DNA of 64,000 bases. It comes from Haliotis cracherodii (lineage: Eukaryota). The notes under the pieces were generated by a model. It did no database searches and was not told the DNA's origin. It worked only from the letters and a program-made list of their open reading frames with translations. A program made the translations under genes and the position numbers. Shown one piece after another: positions 25,688-38,700 of this stretch; position 1 is the stretch's first letter, and each line of letters starts with the position of its first letter. The DNA lies in NCBI RefSeq assembly GCF_022045235.1, contig NW_027266275.1, positions 70,866,001 to 70,930,000 on the forward strand, read 5' to 3'.

Positions 25688-25862
25688 CAGTAAACTACGG
25701 TTATAACGAACACGCTTATAACGAACTGACGGATATAACGAACAAACTTTTTAGTCCCGACTATTTGCTGTAGTTGTGCTGTATATATGCTTATAACGAA
25801 CTACGCTTATAACGAACTAAAACTAGTAGTCCCTTTGAGTTCGTTATAACCGTAGTTTACTG
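25688..25862. mobile_element. Tc1/mariner-type MITE; other copies 29397-29575 and ~19076-19235
   Basis: TIRs cagtaaactacggttataacgaac and gttcgttataaccgtagtttactg, TA TSD, and internal ttataacgaac subrepeats. Confidence 0.88.
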
Positions 25863-26189
25863 TATCTTGCTTTTTGTGGTCACCTGTTTGCTTTGTTTTC
25901 CTACATTTGCAAAAGAATATTGACTTTGTAGCCTTGGTAAGTGAGTAACAATTAAACGTCTCATCGGCATTATTTCAGCCATATAGCGACTTGTAGCCTT
26001 GAGTTGTTAGTGGAAGACCACACCAGGCCGTAATGGGGGTGATAACGAGAGGCAGACACATATATGTGCTAGAGACGTTCATTCATCACAGATCCAATCG
26101 TGAAGCATCACAGATTGAGTAACGAAGGGTGAAGATGAGCGTCCCAGGTCGAGTCAAGCAGATATAAACTCGACTAAAGGGAGTTTGGT

Positions 26190-26980
26190 GAGGGTGGAGC
26201 TGAGTGTCACAGATTGAGTGGTGAAGGGTCAAGCTGATCGTCACAGATCGAGCGACGAAGGGTAAAGCTGAGCGTCACAGATCGAGTGATGAAGCCTGGA
26301 GCTGGTCGTCACAGATTGAGTGACGAATGGTGGAGTTGAGCGTCACAGATCGAGTGAAGAATGGTGGAGTTGAGCGTCACAGATCGAGTGACGAATGGTG
26401 GAGTTGAGCGTCACAGATCGAGTGGTGAAGCCTGGAGCTGAGCGTCACAGATCAAGTGACGAATGGTGGAGTTGAGCGTCACAGATCGAGTGGTGAATGG
26501 TGGAGTTGAGCGTCTCAGATCGAGTGAAGAATGGTGGAGTTGAGCGTCACAGATCGAGTGACGAATGGTGGAGTTGAGCTTCACAAATCGAGTGGTGAAG
26601 CCTGGAGCTGAGCGTCACAGATCGAGTGACGAATGGTGGAGTTGAGCGTCACAGATCGAGTGGTGAATGGTGGAGTTGAGCGTCTCAGATCGAGTGAAGA
26701 ATGATGGAGCTGATCGTCACAGATCGAGTGACGAATGGTGGAGATACCATGCCGCAGTTTAACATGAATACCCAACTCAGACACAGTATACCGACACCGA
26801 GCCGACCAGTCCTTGTTTTAGCCCCTTGATGCCGAGCGCCAGACAGGGTAACAACAAGTACCATCTTTTAATGTCTTTTGGTATGACGCGGCCGGGGATC
26901 GAACCCCTCGAGTGGTGAAGGCTGAAGGTGAGCGTCACAGATCGAGTGACCAAGGGTGGAGCTGAGTTTCACAGATCGAG
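26190..26980. repeat. 34-bp minisatellite interrupted by a SINE fragment
   Basis: Unit gagcgtcacagatcgagtgacgaatggtggagtt. Confidence 0.92.
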
Positions 26981-28895
26981 TCAAGCAGATATAAACTCGA
27001 GTAAAGGAAGTGCGGTGGGTTGATTGGAGACGTCAGTCGTGCCATCTAGTTAATTATTCAGCAGATATATAAATATGCGTAAATGCTATCGAGAGCTCGT
27101 TGAAATAAATGTGTCGCTGCCACACATGTCAAGAAGAAACGTTTTCAGCCCACATTTACACCATCACGACAAACTACATGACACAACATGTCGCGCATTG
27201 CGTAACTGCCTCCTTGCCTTCAGACGGACACAGTTCGCAAAACCTACATGTAAATGTGATGGCTGTCAAAAATAGAAATGAAACCATGACGTTTGGGATG
27301 CCAATGATATTTCAAGCTGTGCATTAGCATACATGTCGACTCTCGTTCCTGAATGGCGTTAGTTTCCGACATATCGTGAGTGTTCTACCAGGCTGCACAT
27401 GGAAAGTACATGGTAATCAAGGGCCCTTATGAACACCTTGTTGGTCAAAGTGCAAACTCACAAACTCATTCGCCATACTGATTTATTTCTCCTGTGATCC
27501 ATATGAATGTGATATTTCATTTTGCATAACGCATCTAGACATCTTCAAGCACCCCAGTATATTAATAGTACAACTGCATTCATATTCAAAGATTAGGAAG
27601 GATATATATATATATATAGGTCCCTAATATTTTTGTAATTTTAACCGGTTTTTTTAAAGCGACCTTTACCACTTCAATGTCATTTGCACCTGTGTCCAAT
27701 TTCAGTTTTAGAACATTGTGTGTCAGATTGGCGGCGTAACCTGGCAGAGGTCACCATGACCTAGGGCCCATCTTCTCATACTTGAAACCGCTGGGACCGT
27801 GGCCCAAGTCACGTGGTACATTAAAGTATTAAAGTTACTTTTTTCATAGGTTTGAAACCTACTAAAGAAATTAACATGAAAGAAAAATCCAAAATCATTT
27901 TTAACTATTCTAACCGGCTCATTATATAATGGTAAAGCGGGCGTAAAATCATAGTTATTTTCCTTGTGAAGTGATACCTGTTATTCACTATTCTGTGCTA
28001 CAGACGGGCGTTCTAAATAGCTAACAGTAATATTTCCTATCTAGGGATATCCTCAAAGCTGCAACGACAGCGTCGGGACTGAAAACATTAACAATGGTGT
28101 ACGAGGCAGTCTCTGCTTTACGATTGTCTTCAGTGCGGGATAGTACTGTTCAAGAGCCAGTGTCACACATTCAACAGTGTAGCATCACATAAACTTCAGA
28201 TGTAATGGCCCAATCATCTAAGATGCCACAATTCCCCGTGCAGAACTGCGTCTCTGAGGCGTGCCAGAAACATATGACCATGGGTTCGAATCCAGGTTCG
28301 CCATGATTATGATCTGAGATTCTTTAGAACGTACCCTTGCTCGTCGTCAAGACGTGCATAACTACATGGACTACCCATCACACTTGAACTATATCGTTAT
28401 CACTTGTTATATATGGGCTTATAAAAGACGAGATGATACGCTACAATAACTGATGGTCAGCCATCGTGACCTATAGAACCACAGGGAGAATAGGTCTTCA
28501 GCAACCCATGCTTCCCGTAAAAGGCGATTATGCTTGTCGTAAGAGGCGACTAACGGGATCACGTGGTCAGGCTCGCTGACTTTGCTGATGCATGTCATCG
28601 TATCCCAATTGCGTGGAACGATGCTAGTGATGTCAATCACTGGATTGACTGGTCCAGACTTGATTATTCACAGACCGCCGTCATATAGTTTCAATATTTC
28701 TGAGCGCGGCGTTAATCAACCAACAAACAAAACAACAGTACTATATTTCGTTCGCCTTCACTTTGCTTTATCCCATCTTCTGCTTAAGACGAGCATGTGA
28801 ACGCAGTTGATAATCGTCCTTGCTGGCGGTAGGGCAGGACATGCTTACGCTTTGCGCGAGCACCTGTTGTCGCCACTGATGTCATTTCGTCCATT

Positions 28896-29230
28896 GACAG
28901 CCTCCGTGGTCTAGTGGTAGAGCGTCCGCCCGGAGAGCGGAAGGTCCGGGGTTCGATCCCCGGCCGCGTCATACCAAAAGACGTTAAAAGATGGTACTTG
29001 TTGTTACCCTGTCTGGCATTAAGGGGCTAAAACAAGGAAGGTCGGCTCGGAGTCAGTATGCTGTGTCTGAGTGGGGTATTCACGTTAAACTGCGACATGG
29101 TATCTGAGTGTGCCAGCACTTTAAATCGGCATCAGTCCGGCCTAGTACAAGCAGCCACACACACACACACACACACACACACGTACATGCACGTCGCTAT
29201 GTAAGTGCAATAATCTTGGACGCGAAACGT
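28896..29230 (+). mobile_element. tRNA-headed SINE with Meta/MESC-like central domain and internal (CA)n
   Basis: A box gtggtctagtggtag, B box ggggttcgatcccc, then cataccaaaagacgttaaaagatggtacttgttgttaccctg. The domain name is from memory of Meta-SINE consensus sequences. Confidence 0.85.
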
Positions 29231-31104
29231 TCTGAACCTCTTGCATGATCAAATGCAAATGTTTGGCTAAAAAGGCCAAGTCTTCGATTTTAAGAGAAAA
29301 TCGGTGTATGAGAATATCCGGGACCCAGGATGAATATTTTATATGTTTATATAGCTGAAAATCATGCTGGGTCAAAGACTTGCTTATATTCCAATACAGT
29401 AACTTACGGTTATAACGAACACAAAGGGACTACTAATTTTAATTCGTTTTAACCGTAGTTCGTTATAAGCATAATTTTATGTATAACATATATACACAAG
29501 ATGGGCGGGACCGAAAAACAGTTCGTTATATCCGGAAGTTCGTTACAAGCGTGTTCGTTATAAACGTAGTTACTGTATTAGAAAGCACTTCCTGAAAAAC
29601 TCATATGACATTTTTCATCCTTACCTTTGCATTTCGTGCTGTTATCAGCCCCAAAACATACACCTGTTGAACTGAACTAATTCACATTTGTATGAACACA
29701 TGATAACATTCAGGAATAAGTAAACGTTTTCCTCATGTCTGTTTTCAATGATGAATATCCCGTTGGCCAAATGGCCACTCAGCATACCTTGTCCTTTGCT
29801 TTGCATGTCAAGTAATAGTTCAGCATGCTTGTTTTGCTTTAAATATTCTTATGTGTTTGCTACGCATGTTTGAGTTCTTGTGTATGTGTGCTAAAATGGT
29901 TTCCAAGTCACTGCTTCGGGTGGATCTTATACAACAATCCATTACTAAGGGTACAAGGGCTGCACACATTCTATGTTCAATTTGTGTAAACTACGAATTT
30001 GTTGGGTTCAGTCCTCTTCATGTTTGTGAGATATATCTTTAACCCTGGTTCATACGTTTCTTCAGAGAGTTAAACTTGGCTAGCCGTCCCAGACTGTGAA
30101 ACAAGAATGTTCGGTCCTTGAGGTGAGGTGAGGTGAGGTGAGGTGAGGCGAGGTGAGGTGAGGTTTAACGTCGCCTTCAGGATTCAGGAGTGTTTCACCA
30201 ATATAGTGACGTGGATGCACGTGTCTGTGTGTCTGCTTGTACTAGCCCGGACTAATGCCGGTTTTACCGTGCTAGCCCACTGAGATACCTTGCCGCTCCT
30301 TAACATGGAGCCCCCACTCAAACACAGTATACTGACTCCGAGCCGACCAGTCCTTGTTTTAGCCCCTTAATGCAGTGCACGCGGCAGGGTAACAACACGA
30401 ACCATAATTTAACGTCTCTTGATAAGAAACAGCCTTCCGCTCTAGCGTCCGGACAGACGCTCTATCCACCACGCAGACAACATAATCATGAGTAAATTAA
30501 ATAAACATCAAACATAACAAACGTATGAAATAACATATAGTATTTACACACAACAGAAGTAAATACACCTATTGCAAATACAAAGAGGTATCCTTTTGAT
30601 TATTATCAAACGACAGCGTTGCTTTAGGATAATGGTGTGTGTTTTTAAAAAGATATCAGTATTTAATGGTCGATAGTGACGGTATCAAATTCCATGGGAT
30701 ACCACCTGTTACAAGGTATTGAGAGGTTGCATACATTCGTGCGACACTCTTGTGGACTTAACCTGGATGGCAGCAGTCTATACCAAACTATAAACAGCTC
30801 ATCACTTTGACTTTTAAACCAAATGTGCATGCATCTAAGTCCGGATAAAGGAGGTGTCAGTTTACAGAATATACGAATATATTATCTTTCTCTGATTGAT
30901 AGGACAAGAAACATTTAGGACAAAGCTTGTAAATAGCTGATATGGCCATATCCAACCAGACTAACCAGTGAACATTTATGTACTAAACAAAAAATTGTTT
31001 CTGTTTTGAAACTGAAAACAGTTAAAGCTATCGTAATTTATGCCAATGGCTGAGATACTGCCATGTTATCTTTTTGTTACACGTGTGGAGTCACGTGATC
31101 TTCT

Positions 31105-31340
31105 GCATTGTTGACAAAATATAATTCAGACATTATTGTTGACGTAAAATAATTCAGACATTATTATTGACGTAAAATAATTCAGACATTGTTGACGAAA
31201 TGTATATCAGACATTATTATTTGATGTAATATAATGCAGACATTATTATTGACGTAATATAATTCATACGTAATTGTTGACGTAACATAATACAGATATT
31301 TTTCTTGACAAAATATAATTCGTAGAATTGACGTAGAATA
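31105..31340. repeat. Degenerate ~29-bp AT-rich tandem repeat
   Basis: aaataattcagacattattgttgacgt recurs. Confidence 0.7.
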
Positions 31341-31599
31341 ATGCAAACATGAATTTTGGCATAATTCAGAAATGATCGTCATGTCGTTATTTCAACTTCT
31401 CGACGCGGTTTTCAATATAGAAAACAGCATTGAAAATATATGCATAATTTATACATTCGTGAGTCTATCAAACCCATATAATATGTTCTCTATCTGACGA
31501 ATACACCAATACATGTACGTTGTCTGGTCTACATTAATAATAAGATCGGGTAATAAGATAGAATATCTCTTGATAACACTAAATACTGAGACTGGGTAG

Positions 31600-31778
31600 G
31601 GGCGGTCGGGTAGCCTAGTGGTTAAAGCGTTGGCTCGTCACGCCGAAAACCCGGGTTCGATTCCCGACATGGGTACCATGTGTGAAGCCCATTTATGGTG
31701 TCCCCCGCCATGATATTGATGGAATATTGCTAAAAGCGGCGTAAAACCATACTCACTCACTCACTCACTCACTGACTG
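31600..31778 (+). mobile_element. tRNA(Asp-like)-headed short SINE, full length
   Basis: A box tagcctagtggtta, gtcacgc anticodon arm, B box gggttcgattccc and a (ctca)n tail. The 15-bp TSD is actgagactgggtag. Confidence 0.9.
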
Positions 31779-32791
31779 ACTGAGACTGGGTAGCAGATGA
31801 CCACCTCCAGCTGGCACTGTACTGTACCAAACAATCACTTCATTGCTCACACACTTCCCTCCGTTGGCTCAGTCAGTGTTTTGCCATTCAGAGACCATTG
31901 CTTTTGCAGAAGTCCTGAATAATGCATATATCTTCTTGTTATATCCAGGTAACAAATAAATTGAAATTTATGAATATTAATAAGTGATATTGTCACACAA
32001 ATTATGCAAACGTCAAAACAACTCAATAGTGAAAACATTAACATGGAATGCATCAAGCTGGGCGCCATCCTCGGTTCTCGGGTGACATAGAAAGCAAAGC
32101 TGACCCTTGCTCGCTAGAACTCTTGGGAGGTGTCGTTAAGTCCTTATGTTATGCATTGAAGATTTATGCCTGATAACACCTTACCTCAAGAGGCATTATA
32201 CTGACATGTACTATAAACATAATATGCATTATATTAACGACTTCAGGCACTAAGCCATGGGCGAGGGGGTAGCCTTGTGGTTAAAGCGTTCGCTCTTCAC
32301 GTCGAAGACCCGGGTTCGATTCCCTACATGAGTACAACGTTTCTGGTATTCCCAGCCATTATATTTCTGGAATATTGCTAAAAGCGGCGTAAGACCATAT
32401 ACACTAACTCAAGCACTATGCCTAACGGTCTGGTGCCTAGTTTCAGTCTAATGCACTGACTGAGACATCTGCGTAAATGGGGTGGTAACTGGTAACTGGT
32501 AGATTGATAACGTCATAGGTTTTGAATAAGCAGATCAACAAAGTGGGTTTCGAATGATTCGCATCAAACGTGCTAGGGCTGTAAATTGGCCGGAGCCTGG
32601 TCCCCCATTAATTAAAAGCTTACAATCAATACCTCTAGATGAATATCGGTCTGTCTATTCAGTGTTCATTGTGATGATAGTCGCGGAACACTTTCGGGAC
32701 ACTATTAATTTCATTTAAAAACATTCCACGACTTCATTCAGCGTTCACACATCACAGTAAAGTTCGCCGCCGGCTCTGAAGTAAGGATGTA

Positions 32792-35700
32792 TCATGCGGA
32801 TCCCCTCATGGCTTCCTCATAGCTAGGAGGAGCGTCAGCGAAGTCGGGCGGTTTTATGAAGGAAGCGTCTTGAAAGGCTGGGTTAACCATTGGGCCTCCA
32901 GATCCTTCCCAGTAGGCAAATCCGGCAGAGCCACCTGGCGGCAGGTTCATTCCCGTGGACCAGGTCTGCATCCTGTTGGCCGGGGGAGTAGCAGGACGTC
33001 CCCGTCGTGAACACAGGAGGCAGGCACTCAGTATCATCATGGCGTTCCCCAAAACCGCCAAGGCGAACCCCCAGGACAAGCTGGCGTTGTTCCGAGACAC
33101 CAGCAGCTGTGTCCGTATAGCGTAAATGGAGGAGGCGATGATCCCAGTGATACCTTCGGAGAAAACGTCACATGGATTAGCTGCTTAAAACAAGAACTTG
33201 TGAAGGTATTCACAGGTTTAATGTGAAATCAACAATAGTAACAAGACCTGTACTATATAGCAAGAAATTTTGAAGGTATTCACAGGTTTAATGTGAAATC
33301 AACAATAGTAAATAGTACCTGTACTATATAGCAAGAAATTAATGCGTCAACAAATGCATGCTAGTAACAACCTAATCTAAAATGCGTTATGAAGTTAATG
33401 CGAAATTTAAAAACGCTCTTTCATTAATAGTCAAACTACAGCACCAAGAATGAAGACTTGAAATCATGTGAGTTATCAGCAGTTCGACTGAATGGTAGCG
33501 TTTTCGTTTCTCACTAACATAACTTCACTCACTTGACATGTGGTCTAACTCCCATGACTGTATTAAAATGTATTGGTTAGTATGGGGTGAGGTGATGTGA
33601 AATGGGGTGAGGTGATGTGAAATGGGGTGAGGTGATGTGAAATGGGGTGAGGTGATGTGAGGTGATGTGAAATGGGGTGAGGTGATGTGAAATGGGATGA
33701 GGTGATGTGAAATGGGGTGAGGTGATGTGAAATGTGGTGAGGTGAGGTGAAATGGGGATTAACGTCGCGTTCAAGATTATTCCATTTATATAGCGACGCG
33801 CATGTACGTGTGTGTGTTTGTGTGGCTGCTTGTACTAGTCCGGACTGATGCCGATTTATAGTGCCAGCTCACTGAGATACCATGCCGCAGTTTAACATGA
33901 ATACCCTACTCAGACACAGTATACCGACTCCGAGCCGACGTTGTTTTAGCCCCCTAGCCGAGCGCCAGACAGTGCGCCAACAAGTACCATCTTTTAACAT
34001 CTTTTGGTATGACGCGGCCGGGAATCGAACCCCGGACCTTCCGCTCTCCGGGCGGACGCTCTACCTCTAGACCACGGAGGCGGTCTGGTTAGTATGAAGA
34101 GTTAGGGGAACACCTTCTTGATTATAAAGATGTTTGATGTCATTTTGAAATTTGAAAATACCCTGTCATTACCATCTAATAATCCATATATAAACAGGCA
34201 AATGTCCCCGGGTTCCGGGAGTGATAATATGTACTGGGGCAATACTAACAGTACTTATTTATCCTCCAAACCTTTCAAGCAATCATCAAATGAAATCCAT
34301 TTGGCAATACCCTGTGCCCCTCGCTAAGATAAAACATGTATATGTCTAAACAATGACGAAATCTCATCACCCTCGAGCATTAACGTTCGGTCCGGCTCCG
34401 TGATGAAGTATTTAAAATATACTGGTATGTCAACACGCCCCGTAGTCGGGCACAAACATATCCATTGTGTTCAAGGTTGCCCCGAAACAATTTCCTTGTC
34501 ACAGTCATCGCGATCCTATCGGCTACAGTATACATTAATTTGTCATAATATGAAATGTGGTATTGTTCTTGTCGTCGCACGTTAAAGCGTGGATTGTCAC
34601 AAGCAGACAAAGCAAACATTTGAAAAAAATACACGTGGCTCTGTTCAAACATGACATTCAATTTCACTCAGACATGTCCAGCAAAAGGGTTGATTATCAA
34701 TACCGGCATGTCCTAAAAGGTTTTTCTTATTAAAACATGTACAGTGCGCTTCAACATGTCGACTGTGTTGTTTAGAGTGATGGCGTGGCCGCTTGGCATG
34801 TGGAAGTTCCAGGTTTCAAATGTCTATTGTTGATATGTGTGCCCACCAACGTGATGTCCATAGTTACAAACATGTTGCAATAAATAGTCTCGTGCCCTTG
34901 TCGTGGATGAGGAAGAAATGTGAGTGACTATTGCTTTACGCCGCTTTTAGCAATATTCCAGCAATGTCAATGCGGGGAACACCAGAAACATGTTTCACAC
35001 ATTGTACCCACGTGGGGTATCGAACCCGGGTCTTCAGCTCGGCTTCGACGAGCGAACGCTTTAACCACTACCGTACCACCCCTGCACGAAGAGGACTGGT
35101 CACAATGGGTGCTGAATAAGGGTAGCACTGTGGTACGGGGATCGCGGGACGCCTGCAGTGACCTGGCTGGAGGGGTCTATGGTAATTGTCTTTTGTCATT
35201 GCGTCATCTTTTATTTCCATTTCCATTCAATGCCTAATTTTTAAATATCTTATTTAAATTTCAAATTAGACATATGCATGTACATATATTATATTTAGCT
35301 GATTATTTTGCAATTGTTGTTTAACGCCGCACTCAGCAATATTGTAGCTATATGACGGCGGTCTGTAAATAATCGAGTCTGGACCAGACAATCCAGTGAT
35401 TGACATCATGAGCAATTTGGATACGATGACATGCATCAACCAAGTCTGCGAGCCTGACCACCCGACCCCGTTAGTCGCCTCTTACGACAAGCTTAGTTGC
35501 CTTTTGCAATGAGATAGGAGAAAACACTGATTTAATATAAATACCCTTACATTTCTTTTTAAATGTTATTGCATTGTGGGACGATAGCCTTTAATACTGG
35601 CTACATCTGTCTGTGGGGTAGCCTTGTGGTTAAAGTATTCGCTCGTCACGCCGAAGACCCGGGTTTGAATCCCGACATGGGTACAATGTGAGAAGCCTAT

Positions 35701-38700
35701 TTCTTGTTTTCCTCGCAATGATACTGCTGGAATATTGCTAAAAGCAGCGTAAAACAATACTCACTGTCCGTCTCTCTGCCTTGTCTGTCCGTTGATATAT
35801 TTCCCTACATTTTATCTTCACTACCTCACACTTCATTAAAAGTTAATGGGTGAGTGTCATTTTACTTTGCAGTCAGCTGCCTGTAAATAATAAAATCCAG
35901 ACCACACCACAGGACGTATAAGTAACGAACGACGTCATCAGGGTACGATGAGGTAGCGCCTAACAACCCGATCCCCAGGATGAGTTTTAAGAAACGATAC
36001 ACGGCAGCGAAGCTGTACCAACATGTATATGGAGACACATGGGAAAATGTCACTAAGTTTGGAAATGAAATTATGAGTGTATGTATCCTGCAGAAACATA
36101 CACATGCATGTATAACCTTGTGTACATTAATCAATTTGGAGGGAATGCACATATATCCACTTCCCAGTGATACGCCATCATGAAATATGTTTCGTTGTTT
36201 CAATTACATGGGTTATTCGCAGTGCTTTTAATGCTTATAAGAGGTATTAAATCCGAATGTAATTCAAACGTCACAGGGAAGAATAATTACAAAGTTCTTA
36301 TCACAGCAGGTAGGGTTTTCCTACGGAAGCCTTTTAGGGCCATTTGTATTTTTACTTTTTTCGATACTATCTATAAATTTCAAGATACTAAGTTGAAATT
36401 TCAAGATACTATCTTTAAATTTCTAGATACCAAGTTGAAATTTCAAGAGAGTATCAACTTAATATCTTTAAATTTCAAGATAGTATCGAAAAAATAAAAA
36501 AAAATAAAAAATGGCCCCAAAAGGCTTCCGTATTTTCCTGGTCATCTGGCGCGCCATGTACATATATATACACGGCTGTAATCATCAGCCTGTGGCTATT
36601 CCGTGTTTTCTCCAATAAACTCTACCACCAGTCTCCTATCTCCATAGGGTGATTTCAGCTTTCCAGTGGTCTATGTTCCCTTTATGTTGAGCAATACTCA
36701 AGCAGCTGCAGTTAAGTGTCCACATTTCACAACTAAAATCGAGCATGCTCTTTCGTCGAAGATTTCAAAGATCTCAAAGAGGTTTAAAACATTCGTTTGT
36801 TTGTTTGTTTTTGAACGCCGCACTAAACATTATTCCAGCTGTATGAGGACGGTCGGTTACAACGTTCAAAGCCTCAGTAAAGCTTTCAGAAAGCTTTATG
36901 GCAGATTTGTGTAGGACATTTCAAAATTTGACGCTTCAGTGACAAAAAATTATATCTGATGCAATTCCCTATTTTGACTTATAACATATGTTCTCGTGTG
37001 TTTTTTAGGTGAACAAGTGACTTGCCTTTGCATGTGTTTGTGACGGGTGCCACCAGTGGTCAGGATACGCTCACCCCTTCGCGAACACGTGGTTCCATCA
37101 CTATTTCGTGTGACTCGTGCTTATGTTCTAGATATAATCGTATAAGGAATAAGGAATAATAGAGAGTTCTTGTGATTATGGAAACGGTTTTGTCGCTTTA
37201 ATTACCTGCAAGAGTTGGCAGCGCCTTGATGGACCTCGTGTCCACAGCGGTGCGGGAAAACTGGGTGAAGTTGTATCGTATCAGCAGCAGCAGTGATATC
37301 ACAGAAAATATCAGACTGATCGTGGCCAGACCTCGGGTGGCTTGGTGCCAAGAATGCATCTCTGAAATGAAGTGGGGTGCATTTAGAATAACACCAGGCA
37401 TGATAAAGATACGGACATTTCTAATTTCATATCTTAAGGAAAACACATGTACATAATCACATCATGTTTATATATTTACCTAGTGTCTCATACTGCGTAT
37501 AACTGAATAAAGCTTTTTTTATTTGAGTAACGTTTTCTATTGTATTATATCCTCAGCAAAATACAATGTCGCCTTCATCGGTTATTCAGTGTATTATATA
37601 ACCATTCTTTTATTAAAAACACCCTGACTATGGTCACCATTGCTTTTTTTCGGTCGGACAGCCTCCGTGGCCTAGTGGTAGAGCGTCTGCTCAGAAAGCG
37701 GAAGTTCCGGGGTTCGATCCCCGGCCGCGTCATACAAAAAGACGTTAAAAGATGGTACTTGTTGTTACCCTGTCTGGCGTTCGGCATTAAGAGGCTAAAA
37801 CAAGGACTGGTCGGCTCGGAGTTAGTATTCTGTGTCGGAGTGTTGTTCATGTTAACTCAGCATTGTAAAATCGGCAATAGTTCGGATCAGTACAAGCAGA
37901 CACACACACACGTGCCTGCACGTCACTAAATAAGTGCAATAATCTTGGACGCGAAATTAAACCCGATTCACCTCACCTCGTTTCGGTCGAGACGCCATCG
38001 TCACCATCTCGGTCCCTCCCATCAGTGAAACCCCACAGAGGTTTTGACGCGCACGTGTGTAATTGATTAAACGGCTATTTTAGTGTAGTGTCCTTCGACT
38101 CGGGCTCAGGAAGAAGCAGCGTCAGCGACTGGGTCGAGGTATTACAGGGGATGTGTCATGGAAAACACTGTCAATAAGCGGAATTAGTTCGTTTCGGGGA
38201 AATAAAATGTTAAAGGCGAAATATCCAATGAACGAATTCCGGAGTTTCGAGATTATTATAGTGGACTAAACAGGTTTAATCTGACAAGATTCCCAGAGTA
38301 ACGACGTCAGCAGCGCGGAGTGTTCCAGAGAAATGCACTCTCTGTTCCAGAGCTCCAGACCTACATTATTCACGGACTAACATGTCCGTACAACAGATGT
38401 GCTTATAGTAACAAGGTTCACACTAACAAGAGTCATGGTTAGTTCGGACCATAGAGTGTCCATAGTGTCGAGGTCCGAACTGGCACAAAACCTGGGTACA
38501 TCCGAACTACTCAGGTTAAGTAGCAGACAAGCCCGGAATAAACATGTTGTGGAAAACAGGTCAGGAATAGGGAGGTTTCAGACGTTTTGACATCCAGATT
38601 AACAAGGACCCCGAATTAGCGAGGCCCTGACTAAAAAGAATGTAACAATATGTGGACGGGTTAAAAAATGTCTAGATTAACGAGGGTGTGTTATCTACGC

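Noticed and set aside
28896-28970. tRNA genes at A/B-box sites (also 31600, 37657, 41141)
   Set aside because: They continue into SINE bodies with tails and TSDs, and I see no complete cloverleaf.
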